Source: Spirochaetia bacterium | GTDB taxonomy: Bacteria > Spirochaetota > Spirochaetia > SZUA-6 > Bin103 | DNA length: 64,000 nt | Reading direction: 5' to 3' | Assembly (NCBI GenBank): GCA_965208575.1 | Contig: CBDBOV010000003.1 | Span: 96,001-160,000 of the forward strand | Shown: positions 49,856 to 60,954 of the stretch, piece after piece | Position numbering within the stretch: the first letter of the stretch is position 1 | Layout of the letters: every line of letters begins with the position of its first letter | Notes under the pieces: generated by a model | The model's input: the letters and a program-made list of their open reading frames with translations, nothing else | What the model was told of the DNA's origin: nothing | Databases searched by the model: none | Position numbers and translations under genes: made by a program

Positions 49856-50515
49856 GCTTCCCCTGAACGGCAGTCTGATCGCGTTGCAAGGGGCTGTCCA
49901 GCCGCGTTCCGGCGCCATCGGTCGGGGGTGGTCGGGGCCTATTGCCTCACGTAAAAATCTAACCTTACGGTGAGCGTGCCTCACGTAAGAATCTAACCGA
50001 AAGGGAGGCGGAGAACGAGGGGGGAGCGCGAGGGGGGAGACTCATAAATTGTGGATAAGTGGATAGGCTGCTGGGCGACCGGCCGGGTTGATTCAAGCAC
50101 ACCAACGCGACCGGGGGCGTATCTGGTTGGTCGGCGCGGATGAGGAGGCGTCAACGGCAGGGAGGTGGTCGGTGCCGTGTCGTGTCGCTGACCGAAGAGG
50201 GGGCGGACGGGTCTGGAGGCGACTTCGGTGCTGGTGACACGGGGATGTCCAGACACCACCTCGTGTCGCGGAGAGGCCTTACAGCGCGGCTGAGGCGACA
50301 TTTCTTGACGCCGACCGTCTGGCTCACGGATATACGGGCGTCAGAGACGCTCAGAAGTCATTTGCCGAGCCGGGTGATGCCGCCCACGCCGCGATCGGCG
50401 CGCAGGTTGCTGCGGAGCGCACGGAGCGAGGCGCCCCGGACAACTGCACCGAGGTGCGTTGCCCGGGGCAGGGTCATGACAATTCCCCACCGCCGGGACG
50501 GGGTAGGCGACGAGG

Positions 50516-52189
50516 TTGCGACACCGGAGCCGTCGGGATCGAACGGGGCGGAGGAGATGCTGTACCCCGCTGACGGACGGAGGGCGTAGCCCGACCGGAG
50601 TCAGCCGGCGCGGTGCCGTGGAGGCCACCGTGGACGACGCCGAGATGGCGGACCAGGCAGCCAAGCTGCTCGCTTCCGGGATGAGCGGCTCAGCCTGCGC
50701 TCGCGAACTCGGCATCCCGGTGAGCACCTTCAACGAGAACCGCCGCGCCGGCGTCATCACAGATCCCACCCGGGAGCCCGCCGCCAGCGCCGAGGTTGCG
50801 CCGGCGGCCACCACCACTGATCACCCGGTCAGCACCGCCGCCGCGGTCAGCGACCCGGCGGTCGCCACTGAGCGCGCCAGCCGCGACGCCCGCGACAAGC
50901 ACGCGCCCATGGGCCGCGCGGCGCGCGACGTGGAACGCCGCACGCTCGCCAGAGCCGGCCTGCTGACCGAGGCCACACCAGCGTTCGTCGAGCCCGCCCA
51001 CGCGGTCGCTGGCGGCGGCGTGCTGGCCGCACTGGCGATGCTGCTGCGCGAGGGCCTGCTCACCGCCGCCAACCGCCTGTTCCGCCTGCCGGCCGGATTC
51101 TACGGCCTGACCACCATCCTCCTGTTCGTCGCCTGCATGACCCTGGCCCGGGTGCGCAACCCCGAGAGCCTGCGCTACCAGGCACCCGGCGAGTGGGGCG
51201 CCATCCTCGGCCTCGACCGCTGTCCGGAGACCAAGACGCTGCGCCGCAAGATCAGGCTGCTGGCCAGCGCCGAGCACACCGTGCGCGATTGGCAATCGGT
51301 ACTGGCGCGTACCTGGGCCAGCGAGCACGACGACGACTGGACGACGCTGGCCGTGGATGGCCACGTGAAGGTGTACACCGGGCGCAACGGGCGGTTGCCG
51401 AAACACTTCGTCGCACGCCAGAAGCTGTGTCTGCCGGCGTCGGTGAGCTACTGGATCAACGCCCTCGGCGGCGCACCGCTGCTGTGCCTGCACAAGGCGC
51501 TGGACCCGAAGCCGGTGAATGCGATCAAGCACGACGTGGTGCCGCAGTTGCAGCACCTGGGGGTGGTGACCGAAGCGGCCCCCGACCTGACCGGAGCACC
51601 GGCCGGTACCCCGCAGCTGACCCTGGTGTTCGACCGCGAGGGCTGGAGCCCGGACCTGTTCAAGCGCCTGGCCCGGCGTGGCATCGCCTGCATCACCTGG
51701 CACAAGAACTTCAACGGCGCGGACTGGCTGCCGGAAGACTTCCACACCTTCGAGGTACCGATCCATGGTCCCGCCGGCACCAGCACGACTGCGGTTGATC
51801 TGGCCGAGCAGCCGATCATGCTGCGCAACGGGCTGGTGGTGCGCCAGATCCGGCGGCGTCTGGCCAACGGTCGTCAGGTGGCGGTGATCACCACGCACCC
51901 GCAGATGCCGTTGGCGCAGGTCGCCGGCGCCATGTTCTCGCGCTGGTCGCAGGAGAACTTCTTCAAGTACCTGCGCGAGCAGTTCAACCTTGACGCGCTG
52001 CCGAGCCATGACCTTGCGCCGCCGGAGCCCGACGCACGGGTCGTGAACCGGTGCGCCGGGCCCTGGAAAAGAGCATCAGGCGGGTACGCAGCCGGCTGGC
52101 AGCGGTCCGCAATCGCCTCGCCGAGGCACTGCAGGGACGGCACCGGGACTCCGCCACCCGGCTTACGGTCGCGGATAAAGTTGCACTGA
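50516..52189 (+). pseudogene. Putative DDE transposase, frameshifted at ~52049 and 3'-truncated
   Basis: LGLDRCPE.KTLRRK, VDGHVKVY, FDREG, FSRWSQENFFK; reading continues in another frame (RRALEKSIRR). Confidence 0.8.
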
Positions 52190-52331
52190 ATTGCATGGTT
52201 ATGCATAGACACGGGGGTATCCAGACACCACCTCGTGTCGTGGAGGGGCCTTACAGCGCGGCTGAGGCGACGTTTTCTCATCGCTGACCGCCCATTCTCC
52301 GATTATCGACCGTCAGACCCGCCTGAGAGGG

Positions 52332-53606
52332 TCATTTTGCCGTGCGACCGCTGCCACCACGCTCCTCGCTCGGTGTTTGCACCGTGCTTGGTGCGGCCTT
52401 GGCGGTCTTGCTGACGTTCAGCTGCAGCAGATCCTCGGTCAACCTGGTCAGCTCGCGCTTGAGGGCGACCGGATTCAACGTCGCGTACTGCTGCTTGAGG
52501 CGGTTCTTCACCTTCTCGCTCACCGACTCGGAGGCCAGCATGCGGTGATACGGCGTCTGCGGGTCGTCATAGATGCGGCGCACCTTGCTGCCGGTGCGGG
52601 TTTTCTTCACCAGCTTCACCGAGGGATAGAAGAAGTTCACCAGCAGGCACAGCGGGCGGTATATCGCGTTGAGGGCAGCCAGTTCCCGGTCGGTGTCGTA
52701 ACGCAGGTGGCCGACCGCCCGTCGCACCACGTGGCCATTCTTCTGCTCGACGTAGCAGGTGTCGTTCTTGCGATGCGGGCGACCCCGAGTGAACGTGATG
52801 CCGTGCGCTTCGCAATAGCGCAGCAAATGATGATTGATGAACTCGCTGCCGTTGTCGGTGTCGATCCCCCGCATCACGATCGGCAGGCTCTGCCGGGCAG
52901 CGTCGATCGCCTCGTGGGTCCAGCGCTGCGCCTTGTTCTGCACGCCGTACAGGTCGACCCAGCCGGTGTCAACGTCGGTGATGGTGAGCGTGTGGCAGAA
53001 GTCGCCTGACGCGTTGCCGCCTTCATGGCCCACCAAGTCGATCTCGAAGAAGCCCGGCTCCTGCTCGTCCCAGTCAGCGAAGGTTCGGATCGCGATCTGA
53101 TCCTTCAGGAGGGTGCCCGGCTTGGTGTGCGTGCGACCCTTCAGGCGCAGCCGTGCGCGCTCCTGCTGCAGCAGCCGGTCGATGGTCGCGGCGCTGATGG
53201 TCTGCAGCTTGCCGCGCACCGCTGCGGTCAGCTCGATCTCGCCGAACGACTCCAGCGTCGGCAGCATGGTGCGCAGCACGACCACCAGGCGCTTGCCGCA
53301 CATGCAGTCGAACACGTACCAGATCAGCTTCAGAGCGACCAGCACCTCCTGGTCGTAGCGCCGCGGTCGCACGCGGCGCTGGGCAGGCCGCGGACGCCCG
53401 ACCACCAGCTTCACCAGTGTGCCGTCGACTCGCACCATGCGGGTCCGTCCCCACCAGGTCAACAGATGGATCGCGTACTTGCGCTGGTACCCGGTCGACT
53501 CGACGAACTCGTCGAGTATGCGCCCCTTCTCCTTCTTGCCCGCCCGACGATACCGCTGCGCGTGCTGCTCGGTGAGCTCTCGCCTTGAACTCATCTTCAA
53601 CCCCAT
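52332..53606 (-). CDS. Integrase-core (rve) DDE transposase
   Basis: IS.ATIDRLL, PG..EID.V.H, DTDNGSEF, FTRGRP..KND...VEQKN. Confidence 0.9.
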   Translation of the reverse strand: MGLKMSSRRELTEQHAQRYRRAGKKEKGRILDEFVESTGYQRKYAIHLLTWWGRTRMVRVDGTLVKLVVGRPRPAQRRVRPRRYDQEVLVALKLIWYVFDCMCGKRLVVVLRTMLPTLESFGEIELTAAVRGKLQTISAATIDRLLQQERARLRLKGRTHTKPGTLLKDQIAIRTFADWDEQEPGFFEIDLVGHEGGNASGDFCHTLTITDVDTGWVDLYGVQNKAQRWTHEAIDAARQSLPIVMRGIDTDNGSEFINHHLLRYCEAHGITFTRGRPHRKNDTCYVEQKNGHVVRRAVGHLRYDTDRELAALNAIYRPLCLLVNFFYPSVKLVKKTRTGSKVRRIYDDPQTPYHRMLASESVSEKVKNRLKQQYATLNPVALKRELTRLTEDLLQLNVSKTAKAAPSTVQTPSEERGGSGRTAK

Positions 53607-53854
53607 CTCCTCCGGAACCTCCTCACGTCCCTCGGAGAGGCTCCAACCGGACCCGGAAGGTCCAGCCCGTTCGGTTAGATTTTTAGATGAGGCATGCTTT
53701 CGCTACGGTTAGATTTTCGATGAGTCAATGCGCGGGGTGGACGATTGCTGCCGCCGGTGGGTACTTTTGGGCCAGTTATCTGCTGACTGCGCCACACTCG
53801 CCGGAACCGCCGCTTGCGGTTACCGACTGCTCTCCACAAACAAGGAAACCTTTT

Positions 53855-55129
53855 TTGTCATCTCTCAGTTTCTCCTCTCTCGGCTTGACCGAGACCATTC
53901 TGCGTGCTCTGCAGGCCAGAGGCTACGCCGCTCCGACCCCGATTCAGCAGCAGGCCATCCCGCATCTGCTTGCCGGCAAGGACCTGCTCGGCATCGCGCA
54001 GACCGGAACCGGCAAGACCGCCGCGTTCGCACTGCCCGTCCTGCAGCAGCTTGCCGACGCCCCGGAACGGGCGCGGCCGCGCACTCCGCGCGCATTGGTG
54101 CTGGCCCCGACTCGCGAGCTCGCCATTCAGATCCATGACGATTTTCGCGACTACGGCGCCGGGCTGGGGCTGGGCCAGACGGTCATCCTGGGCGGCGTCT
54201 CGCAGAGTCCCCAGGTCGCCGCGCTGTCACGCCGCATCGACATCGTCGTGGCAACGCCGGGCCGGCTTCTGGATCTCCTGCAGCAGGGCCACGTCCATCT
54301 CGGCCGCATCACCCACTTCATTCTCGACGAGGCGGACCGCATGCTCGACATGGGGTTCATTCCCGACGTGAGGAAGATCATCGGCCGGCTTCCGGTGCGC
54401 CGCCAGTCGCTGCTGTTTTCGGCCACCATGCCGTCCGAGGTTGCCAGTCTGGCGGGTGAGATTCTGCATCGACCGACGCGCGTGGAGGTGGCCCCCGCCG
54501 CCACCACCGTCGATACGGTGCGGCAGCTTGTGTACTTCGTGACCAGCACGGACAAGCACTACCTGCTGCAGGAACTGCTGGACGATGAGGCGCTGTCGCG
54601 GGTGCTGGTGTTCGCGCGCACCAAGCACCGTGCGAACCGGGTTGCCCAGAAGATCTCGGCGACCGGTATCACCGCGGATGCCATCCACGGCAACAAGTCG
54701 CAGAATGCCCGCCAGGCGGCCCTGGAACGGTTTCGCGTCGGACACACCCGGGTGCTGGTGGCAACCGACATCGCGGCTCGCGGTCTCGACATCGACGGCA
54801 TCAGCCACGTCATCAACTTCGACGTTCCGCACGAGCCGGAGAGTTACGTGCATCGCATCGGACGTACGGCCCGCGCCGGTGCGTCCGGATGTGCGCTCTC
54901 GTTCTGCGACCCCGGCGAGGTGCCGCAACTGCGCGCCATCGAGAGGCTCGCCCGCGTCACGCTGCAGACGGTCCGCGACCAGCCGTTCCACGCCGCACCG
55001 CCGGCGCCGCAACGGCGGCATCGGACGCAGCCGGCGGGTACCCACCGCGCCGCCGAGGTCCGCGGCCTCGGCGGCGGCCGGCCCAACGGCGGCCGCCGCC
55101 GTCAGCGCCGCCGCGTGACCGCATCGTAA
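53855..55129 (+). CDS. rhlE: DEAD-box RNA helicase (RhlE-like)
   Basis: PTPIQ, AQTGTGKT, PTRELA, DEAD, SAT, HRIGRTAR; TTG start after AAGGA. Confidence 0.9.
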   Translation: MSSLSFSSLGLTETILRALQARGYAAPTPIQQQAIPHLLAGKDLLGIAQTGTGKTAAFALPVLQQLADAPERARPRTPRALVLAPTRELAIQIHDDFRDYGAGLGLGQTVILGGVSQSPQVAALSRRIDIVVATPGRLLDLLQQGHVHLGRITHFILDEADRMLDMGFIPDVRKIIGRLPVRRQSLLFSATMPSEVASLAGEILHRPTRVEVAPAATTVDTVRQLVYFVTSTDKHYLLQELLDDEALSRVLVFARTKHRANRVAQKISATGITADAIHGNKSQNARQAALERFRVGHTRVLVATDIAARGLDIDGISHVINFDVPHEPESYVHRIGRTARAGASGCALSFCDPGEVPQLRAIERLARVTLQTVRDQPFHAAPPAPQRRHRTQPAGTHRAAEVRGLGGGRPNGGRRRQRRRVTAS

Positions 55130-55146
55130 AACCTCACAACACGGCT

Positions 55147-55905
55147 TCAGACGCAGCGGCCGCCGTCCACGTCCAGGCAGCAGCCGGTCAGGAGTTCGGC
55201 TTCGTCTGAGGCCAGGAACAGGCACGCCCGGGCTACGTCGAGCGGCGTGCTCATGCGGCCGAGCGGAATGGTTTCGATCACCTTGCGGCGCGCTTCCGGT
55301 GTGTCTTCGCCGGGGAGGAACGCCGGCAGCAGGGCGGTGGCGCTGATCACCGGATTGACCGCCACCACGCGGATGCGCTCCGGCGCCAGCTCCAGCGCCA
55401 TCGCCTTGGTCATGGTGATCACCGCACCCTTGGTGGCGCTGTACCACACGATGCCGGGGCGGGGCCGCACGCCGGCGGTGGAGGCGATGTTCACCATCAC
55501 GCCGCCGCCCTGACGGCGGAACACCGGCACCGCGTGGCGGGCACTGAGGTAGATGCTCTTCACGTTGACGTCGAACACGCGCTGAAACTCCGCCTCGTCC
55601 ACCTCCAGCATGGGCCGGTTGCGGTGCGTGGTGCCGGCGTTGTTGACCACGATGTCGAGCTGCCCGTAGCGTTCCAGTGCGCCGGCCACCATCGCGGCCA
55701 CGTCGCCGCTACGGCTCACGTCGCCGGTCATGGCCAGCGCCGCGCCGCCGGCCGCCGTAATCTCCGCCGCCACCCGCCCGGCCGCATCGCCGTCGATGTC
55801 CGCCGCCGCGACCCGCGCCCCCTGCGCCGCGAACAACGTGGCGATCCCCTCGCCGAATCCTCTGCCAGCCCCGGTCACCAGGGCCACCTTGTCCTTCAAT
55901 CTCAA
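55147..55905 (-). CDS. Short-chain dehydrogenase/reductase
   Basis: TGAGRGFG, NNAG, YSATK, VDGG. Confidence 0.9.
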   Translation of the reverse strand: MRLKDKVALVTGAGRGFGEGIATLFAAQGARVAAADIDGDAAGRVAAEITAAGGAALAMTGDVSRSGDVAAMVAGALERYGQLDIVVNNAGTTHRNRPMLEVDEAEFQRVFDVNVKSIYLSARHAVPVFRRQGGGVMVNIASTAGVRPRPGIVWYSATKGAVITMTKAMALELAPERIRVVAVNPVISATALLPAFLPGEDTPEARRKVIETIPLGRMSTPLDVARACLFLASDEAELLTGCCLDVDGGRCV

Positions 55906-55930
55906 CGTCTTCCTCCGCCACCGGTTGCCA

Positions 55931-56854
55931 TCAACGGTCGCCGGCGCCGATCGAGGCTAGGCCCTTGCGGAAGTAGGCGCCGACCGTGAAGTAGAGAATG
56001 ATCACCGGCAGCATGTAGATCAGGCACATGGTGGCCAGCTTCGGGAAGTCCACGTTCTCGTCCAGGCCGAATGCCGTGAACAGGCCGACCGATACCGGGT
56101 ACTTGTCGGTGCTGCTGAGCAGCACCAGGGGCATGATGAAACCGCCCCAGGCGGCATCGAACGACAGCACCCCGACGGCGCCGATGCCGGGCACGATCAG
56201 CGGCAGAACCACGGTGCCGAGTATCTTCATTCGCGACGCGCCGTCGAGTTGGGCGGCTTCCTCCAACTCGACCGGAACCGCGTCGATCGCCCCCTTCATG
56301 ATCCACAGGTTGAACGGCGTGGTGATGCCGACGTACACCAGGACCAGGCCCAGGTGGGTATCCAGCAGGCCCAGCCACAGCATCATTCCGAACACCGGCA
56401 CGATGATCAGCGTGGAGGGAATGACCCGCGTCAGGATGATGCCGTACATCAGCGTCGCCTTGCCGCGGAAGGTGCCGCGCGACAGGGCGTAGCCGCCGGT
56501 GACGCTCGCCGCCAGTGCCAGCAGGGTGGTGGAGCTGGCGATGATGAAGCTGTTGCGCGTCCAGCGCAGGGTCTGGCCGGTGAACGCCTCGATGATGTTG
56601 TCGAGCGTCGGTTGCCTTGGCAGGCGGAGCTGCAGGTTGGCCTGCGTCGACAGCGCCGTGAAGATCAGCCACAGGTAGGGCGCGAACACGTAGAACAGCA
56701 GGGCGGCGAACGCCAGGTAGACGGCGCCATGCAGCAGCACCGGCTTTGCCCCACTAGCGCCCCGGAACCGCCGCCTGCGGCGCCGCTCCCGGCCCAGCCG
56801 GCCTACCATGGAACCCTGCCGAGAGTCCGGCAGGCTTCTATGTCTCAATGACAC
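55931..56854 (-). CDS. Carbohydrate ABC permease (MalG-like); start may be 56809
   Basis: ELEEAAQLDGAS EAA loop; multiple TM helices. Confidence 0.9.
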   Translation of the reverse strand: MSLRHRSLPDSRQGSMVGRLGRERRRRRRFRGASGAKPVLLHGAVYLAFAALLFYVFAPYLWLIFTALSTQANLQLRLPRQPTLDNIIEAFTGQTLRWTRNSFIIASSTTLLALAASVTGGYALSRGTFRGKATLMYGIILTRVIPSTLIIVPVFGMMLWLGLLDTHLGLVLVYVGITTPFNLWIMKGAIDAVPVELEEAAQLDGASRMKILGTVVLPLIVPGIGAVGVLSFDAAWGGFIMPLVLLSSTDKYPVSVGLFTAFGLDENVDFPKLATMCLIYMLPVIILYFTVGAYFRKGLASIGAGDR

Positions 56855-57716
56855 GGTTCAACCTTATGTAGAACAGTCCCAGCCCCACGGTGAGCAGCAG
56901 GATCACGGTACTCGCCGCGCCGGCATAGCCGAGCGCCATGTGGCCGAACGCCTCGTTGTACAGGTAGATCGCGAATACCTCGGTACGCCCCAGCGGCCCG
57001 CCGCCGGTCAGGCCGTACACCATGTCGAACGCCAGCAGGGTGCCGAAGGTGCTCATCAGCACGGTCAACAGCAGGCTGTAGCGAATCATCGGGATCTTGA
57101 TGTACAGGAACGTCTGCCAGGCCGAGGCTCCGTCGATCCTGGAGGCGTCGTAGACGGTGGACGGGATACTCTCCAGGCCCGCCGACAGCAGGATGAACGC
57201 CACCGCCATGCCGCGCGACCAGTTGGCCATGAGAATCGAGATCAACGGGTAGTTGCGCAGCCAGTCGATGCGCACCAGCCCGATGAGCTGCAGCAGGTCG
57301 TTGAGCGACCCGTAGTCGACGTTCAGCACGCTGCGCCACATGTAGCCCACCACCAGGCCCGGAGTCAGCCACGGGATCAGCATGCTCACCGAAATCACCT
57401 TGGTGAAGCGGATGCGCGGAACCCGGATCAGGTTGGCGTACAGCAGCCCAAGTGCGACGTGGCCAATCACGGCCAGCAGCACGAAGGAGAGCGTGACCGC
57501 GGTGCTGTTGTAGAAGTCGCGGTCCTGCATCAGCCGCGCGAAGTTGCGCAGTCCGACGAAGCTGGTCCCGCGGGTCGGGTCGCTCCACAGGTTGAAATCC
57601 GTGAACCCGAGCGCGACGGTCCACAAGAACGGCGCGACGAACACCGCCATGATCATGGCCAGCCCCGGCACCAGGAACAGGAACGGTTGTCGCCGCAGTC
57701 GTTGCGTCACCGGCAT
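56838..57716 (-). CDS. Carbohydrate ABC permease (MalF-like)
   Basis: FVGL.NF, YDASRIDGA, T.GGP. Confidence 0.9.
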   Translation of the reverse strand: MPVTQRLRRQPFLFLVPGLAMIMAVFVAPFLWTVALGFTDFNLWSDPTRGTSFVGLRNFARLMQDRDFYNSTAVTLSFVLLAVIGHVALGLLYANLIRVPRIRFTKVISVSMLIPWLTPGLVVGYMWRSVLNVDYGSLNDLLQLIGLVRIDWLRNYPLISILMANWSRGMAVAFILLSAGLESIPSTVYDASRIDGASAWQTFLYIKIPMIRYSLLLTVLMSTFGTLLAFDMVYGLTGGGPLGRTEVFAIYLYNEAFGHMALGYAGAASTVILLLTVGLGLFYIRLNRVIET

Positions 57717-57819
57717 GGAGTCTTGGACGCGGCAACCGCCACCGTACGCGGACGGTGCGGGGCGTGCCGTCAGGCCACTCCCGCACCGTCTCGGAACGAG
57801 TGCCGGCGCTGCCGCCCCG

Positions 57820-59217
57820 CTACAAGTCGATTTCGTGCTTGATCTTGTCGGACCCCATGATCTGCTCCATCTCGCGCGCGAACTGCGCCATCGCCTCTCG
57901 GCCGGTCCACTCGCCGATGATGATGCGCCCGATCGCTTCCCGGATGGCGTTCTCGGGACCGCTGGCGAAGCCCGCCACGAAGTGCGGCTTCATGTAGGTG
58001 TACTCCAGCCACGTGCTGGTCTCGGCCAGGAACGGGTTGGCCTGGAAGGTGGAATGCTGCATCACGTCCCAGCGGGTGGCTGCCTGGCCCTTGGTGGCGT
58101 TGTACTTGGCCTGACGTTCGGTGGCGGACAGGAACTTGATCAGCTCCCACGCGGTGTCGGCGCGTTCGGTGCTGCTCGCCGGGATCATGTAGTTCCAGCC
58201 GCCCGACTGCGAGACCCAGTCCTGCCCGCGGTAGCTGGCGCCCGGTTCCATGGCCGGCATCCTGGCGTAACCCACCGTGTCCTGCAGGTCCGGGATCGGG
58301 TGCGAGCGGCCTTCGCTCCAGTGGAACATGTAGGCCCACGAGCCATACAGGTTGATGGCGCCGGTGCCGTTCTGGAACGCCTCGATAGACCAGTCGTTGG
58401 CCTGGCCGCCCACCGCGCGCTCGGGGTTGAGCAGACCGCGCTCGGCCATGGTCTGGTAGAATTCGAACACGTCCAGGAGCGGCTGACTGGTCACCACCCA
58501 CTTCTCGTCATCATAGTCGTACAACAGTCCGCCGGCGCCATTGAACAGCAGGTTGAAGCGGCTGAACGTGACCTGGGCGCCCGCCTCCTTGCCGCCGATG
58601 AACAACAATGGCGTGACCCCCGGCAGGGACGCCTTGATCTGCTCCGCGGCGTCCAGAATCTCCTGCCAACTGGTCGGCTGCCACTCGGTAGGGAGTCCCG
58701 CCTGGGCAAACAAGTCCTTGCGGTAGTACAGCGGGATGGCGCTCGATTGAATGGGAATCATGTAGACATGCCCGTCGTAGCCCATCCAGCGCCGGAACGG
58801 TTCGATCACCTGGTCCCACAGCTCCCAATCCGCCACGTAGTCGTCGAGCGGCATCAGGAACCCGGCGCGCATGTAGTTCTGTGACCCGCCGGTCTCCTCG
58901 AACAACAGGTCCGGCCCCTGGCCCGAACGCAGCTCCAGCGTGTTCTTGGTGGTGTACTCGGCATGCGGTCCCGCGAAATACTGCAGGTCCACGGTCACCG
59001 GGGTACCCGCGTCGGCCATCATCTGCTCGAACTCGGCGATGTCTGCGGCGACATCGGGATCGAATCCGGGCGAGTTGGGGCGCAGCTTGAAGGTGAGCAC
59101 CACCGGCTCGCCGGGCGCGGCGGCGGTGTCCTCCTGTGCCGCCGCACTGAGCGGGACAACGGCCACGCCGGCCAGGAACAGTGCCGTCAGCACGTACCGC
59201 AAAGGCTTCGTATTCAT
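57820..59217 (-). CDS. Carbohydrate ABC substrate-binding protein
   Basis: Signal peptide, GPD, LYYRKDLF..AGL, PTSW; ATG after GGAGGA. Confidence 0.9.
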   Translation of the reverse strand: MNTKPLRYVLTALFLAGVAVVPLSAAAQEDTAAAPGEPVVLTFKLRPNSPGFDPDVAADIAEFEQMMADAGTPVTVDLQYFAGPHAEYTTKNTLELRSGQGPDLLFEETGGSQNYMRAGFLMPLDDYVADWELWDQVIEPFRRWMGYDGHVYMIPIQSSAIPLYYRKDLFAQAGLPTEWQPTSWQEILDAAEQIKASLPGVTPLLFIGGKEAGAQVTFSRFNLLFNGAGGLLYDYDDEKWVVTSQPLLDVFEFYQTMAERGLLNPERAVGGQANDWSIEAFQNGTGAINLYGSWAYMFHWSEGRSHPIPDLQDTVGYARMPAMEPGASYRGQDWVSQSGGWNYMIPASSTERADTAWELIKFLSATERQAKYNATKGQAATRWDVMQHSTFQANPFLAETSTWLEYTYMKPHFVAGFASGPENAIREAIGRIIIGEWTGREAMAQFAREMEQIMGSDKIKHEIDL

Positions 59218-59304
59218 CGATTCCTCCATTCTTTTGCTGCCGCTTCGGGCAGCTTCACGCATTATGAAGCCAGTCCCGTATCGCTACAAGCGCGGCGCGG
59301 GTGG

Positions 59305-60855
59305 TCAGAAGCCGGTGTGCGGGTCGGTGTACGGGGAGCGCTCGAACCGGCAGTCCGGTTCGGTGACGCGGGGGTCGTGCTGCTCCTGCAACACCGCCAT
59401 CAGCCGGGACGACAGGTGCTCCCGGGCCTCCGCGTACCCCGGGTCGCCGGCGACGTTGTCGAGGTAGTGCGGGTCGCGCTCCAGGTCGTACAGCTCTTCC
59501 GCCGGGAACTTGCCGAAGCCCATCTCGAACAGCGCGCGCACCTCGGGCTCGCCGCGGTGGTGCACCATCCACGCCTTCGACGGTGAGCCGTCCATGTCGG
59601 AATAGGCTACCAGAGTGTCCTCGCAGAGATCCTCGTAGGAGGGCGGCACGGCGGCGGGGTCGTCCAGGCCGCGCGGGTCGCCCATCGGCCAGCGGTCAGG
59701 TTCGAAGTTGCGGATGTACAGGTAGCGGCCGGTGCGGATGGCGCGCTGCGGGTAGGGCTTGTTGCCGGCGCGCGCCCGGGCCACGTGGCGCTCGCGCCCG
59801 AGCACCACGTGGTCGCGCGAGGCATCCACCTGTCCTGAGGCGGGCGACTCCAGCACCGGCAGCAGGCTGCGCCCCGCCATGCCCGGCAGGCGGTCGACGC
59901 CGGCCGCCGCCAGGAAGGTGGGGGCCAGGTCCATCAGGTTCACGAAGTCGTGCACGGTGCGGCCCGCCGGCACGCGGCCCGGCCAGCGCGCCGCCAGCGC
60001 CACCTCGCAGCCAAGGTTGTACAGGTTGCACTTGGCGCGCGGGAAGCCGGGGATGCCATGGTCGCCGCTCACCACCAGCAGCGTGTTGTCCAGCTCGCCG
60101 ATCTCCTCCAGCTTGGCCAGCAGCACGCCGAGCCCGGCGTCGACCGCCTGGCACTCGCCGAGGTAGTCGCACACGTCCTCGCGTACGTCGTGCACGTCGG
60201 GCAGGAACGCCGGCAGGCGGCCTTCGAGGTGGTCCGGTTCCAGGCCCCAGAGCTGCTTGCCGGAGCCGCGCTGCCACTTGCGGTGGGTGTTGGTGGGCCC
60301 CCACCAGTAGCAGAACGGGCGCCCCGGCTCGCGCGCGTCCAGGAATGCCTGGAAGTTGTCCCGCGTCTCGTCGTACAGCACCTGCTTGGCGCCCTCGACG
60401 CCCCGCTCCGGCGCCAGCTCGGTGGCAACGAACGAGAAACTCCCGTAGCGCGTGCCGGCGGGCGCGTAGCGCGTGCGCTCGGCGCCGTAGGGGGCGTCGC
60501 GCGGCGTGCCCGGCGACCACACCTTGTAGGTGTAGCCGATGTGGTAGCCCGCTTCCTCCAGCGCCAGCGGATAGGAGGGGATCGTCTCGTCCCACTCGGC
60601 GCCCTGCAGAATGGCGCCGCGTCCGGTTTGCCAGAAGTAGCGCCCGGTAAGGATCGAGCTGCGGCACGGCGTGCAGGAAGGCGCCGGCACGAACGCGTTG
60701 CTGAACAGCGCGCCCTCGCGCGCCACCCGGTCGAAGTGGGGCGTGTCGATGAGGGCGTTGAGGGTGCCGTCGCCCTGGATGCGGCGGTAGGCGCTCGCGT
60801 ACCGCCCCCAGTCGTCCGCGAACGCGAATACAATGTTGGGTCTGCTCTGTGCCAT
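59305..60855 (-). CDS. Sulfatase (sulfamidase-like)
   Basis: PNIVFAFADDWG, CTPCRSSILTG, GDHG, ELYDL..DP. Confidence 0.9.
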   Translation of the reverse strand: MAQSRPNIVFAFADDWGRYASAYRRIQGDGTLNALIDTPHFDRVAREGALFSNAFVPAPSCTPCRSSILTGRYFWQTGRGAILQGAEWDETIPSYPLALEEAGYHIGYTYKVWSPGTPRDAPYGAERTRYAPAGTRYGSFSFVATELAPERGVEGAKQVLYDETRDNFQAFLDAREPGRPFCYWWGPTNTHRKWQRGSGKQLWGLEPDHLEGRLPAFLPDVHDVREDVCDYLGECQAVDAGLGVLLAKLEEIGELDNTLLVVSGDHGIPGFPRAKCNLYNLGCEVALAARWPGRVPAGRTVHDFVNLMDLAPTFLAAAGVDRLPGMAGRSLLPVLESPASGQVDASRDHVVLGRERHVARARAGNKPYPQRAIRTGRYLYIRNFEPDRWPMGDPRGLDDPAAVPPSYEDLCEDTLVAYSDMDGSPSKAWMVHHRGEPEVRALFEMGFGKFPAEELYDLERDPHYLDNVAGDPGYAEAREHLSSRLMAVLQEQHDPRVTEPDCRFERSPYTDPHTGF

Positions 60856-60954
60856 GGCTGCCTGGTGAGTATAATCGATGCAGCAGCGGGCCGCCGCCGG
60901 ATCGATGGCGGATGACGATCGGCCCGGTGTGATTGATTCGGAGTACGATCAAAC

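Larger units (their letters stand above)
49940..53730. mobile_element. Transposon bounded by ~60-bp imperfect inverted repeats, each with two sub-repeats
   Basis: TGCCTCACGTAA(A/G)AATCTAACC x2 at 49943-49998 versus GGTTAGATTTT...TGAG(G/T)CA x2 at 53673-53727; no clear target duplication. Confidence 0.8.

Noticed and set aside
50050-50058. Replication origin from the DnaA box
   Set aside because: Only one perfect box, inside a transposon, with no dnaA or AT-rich unwinding element.
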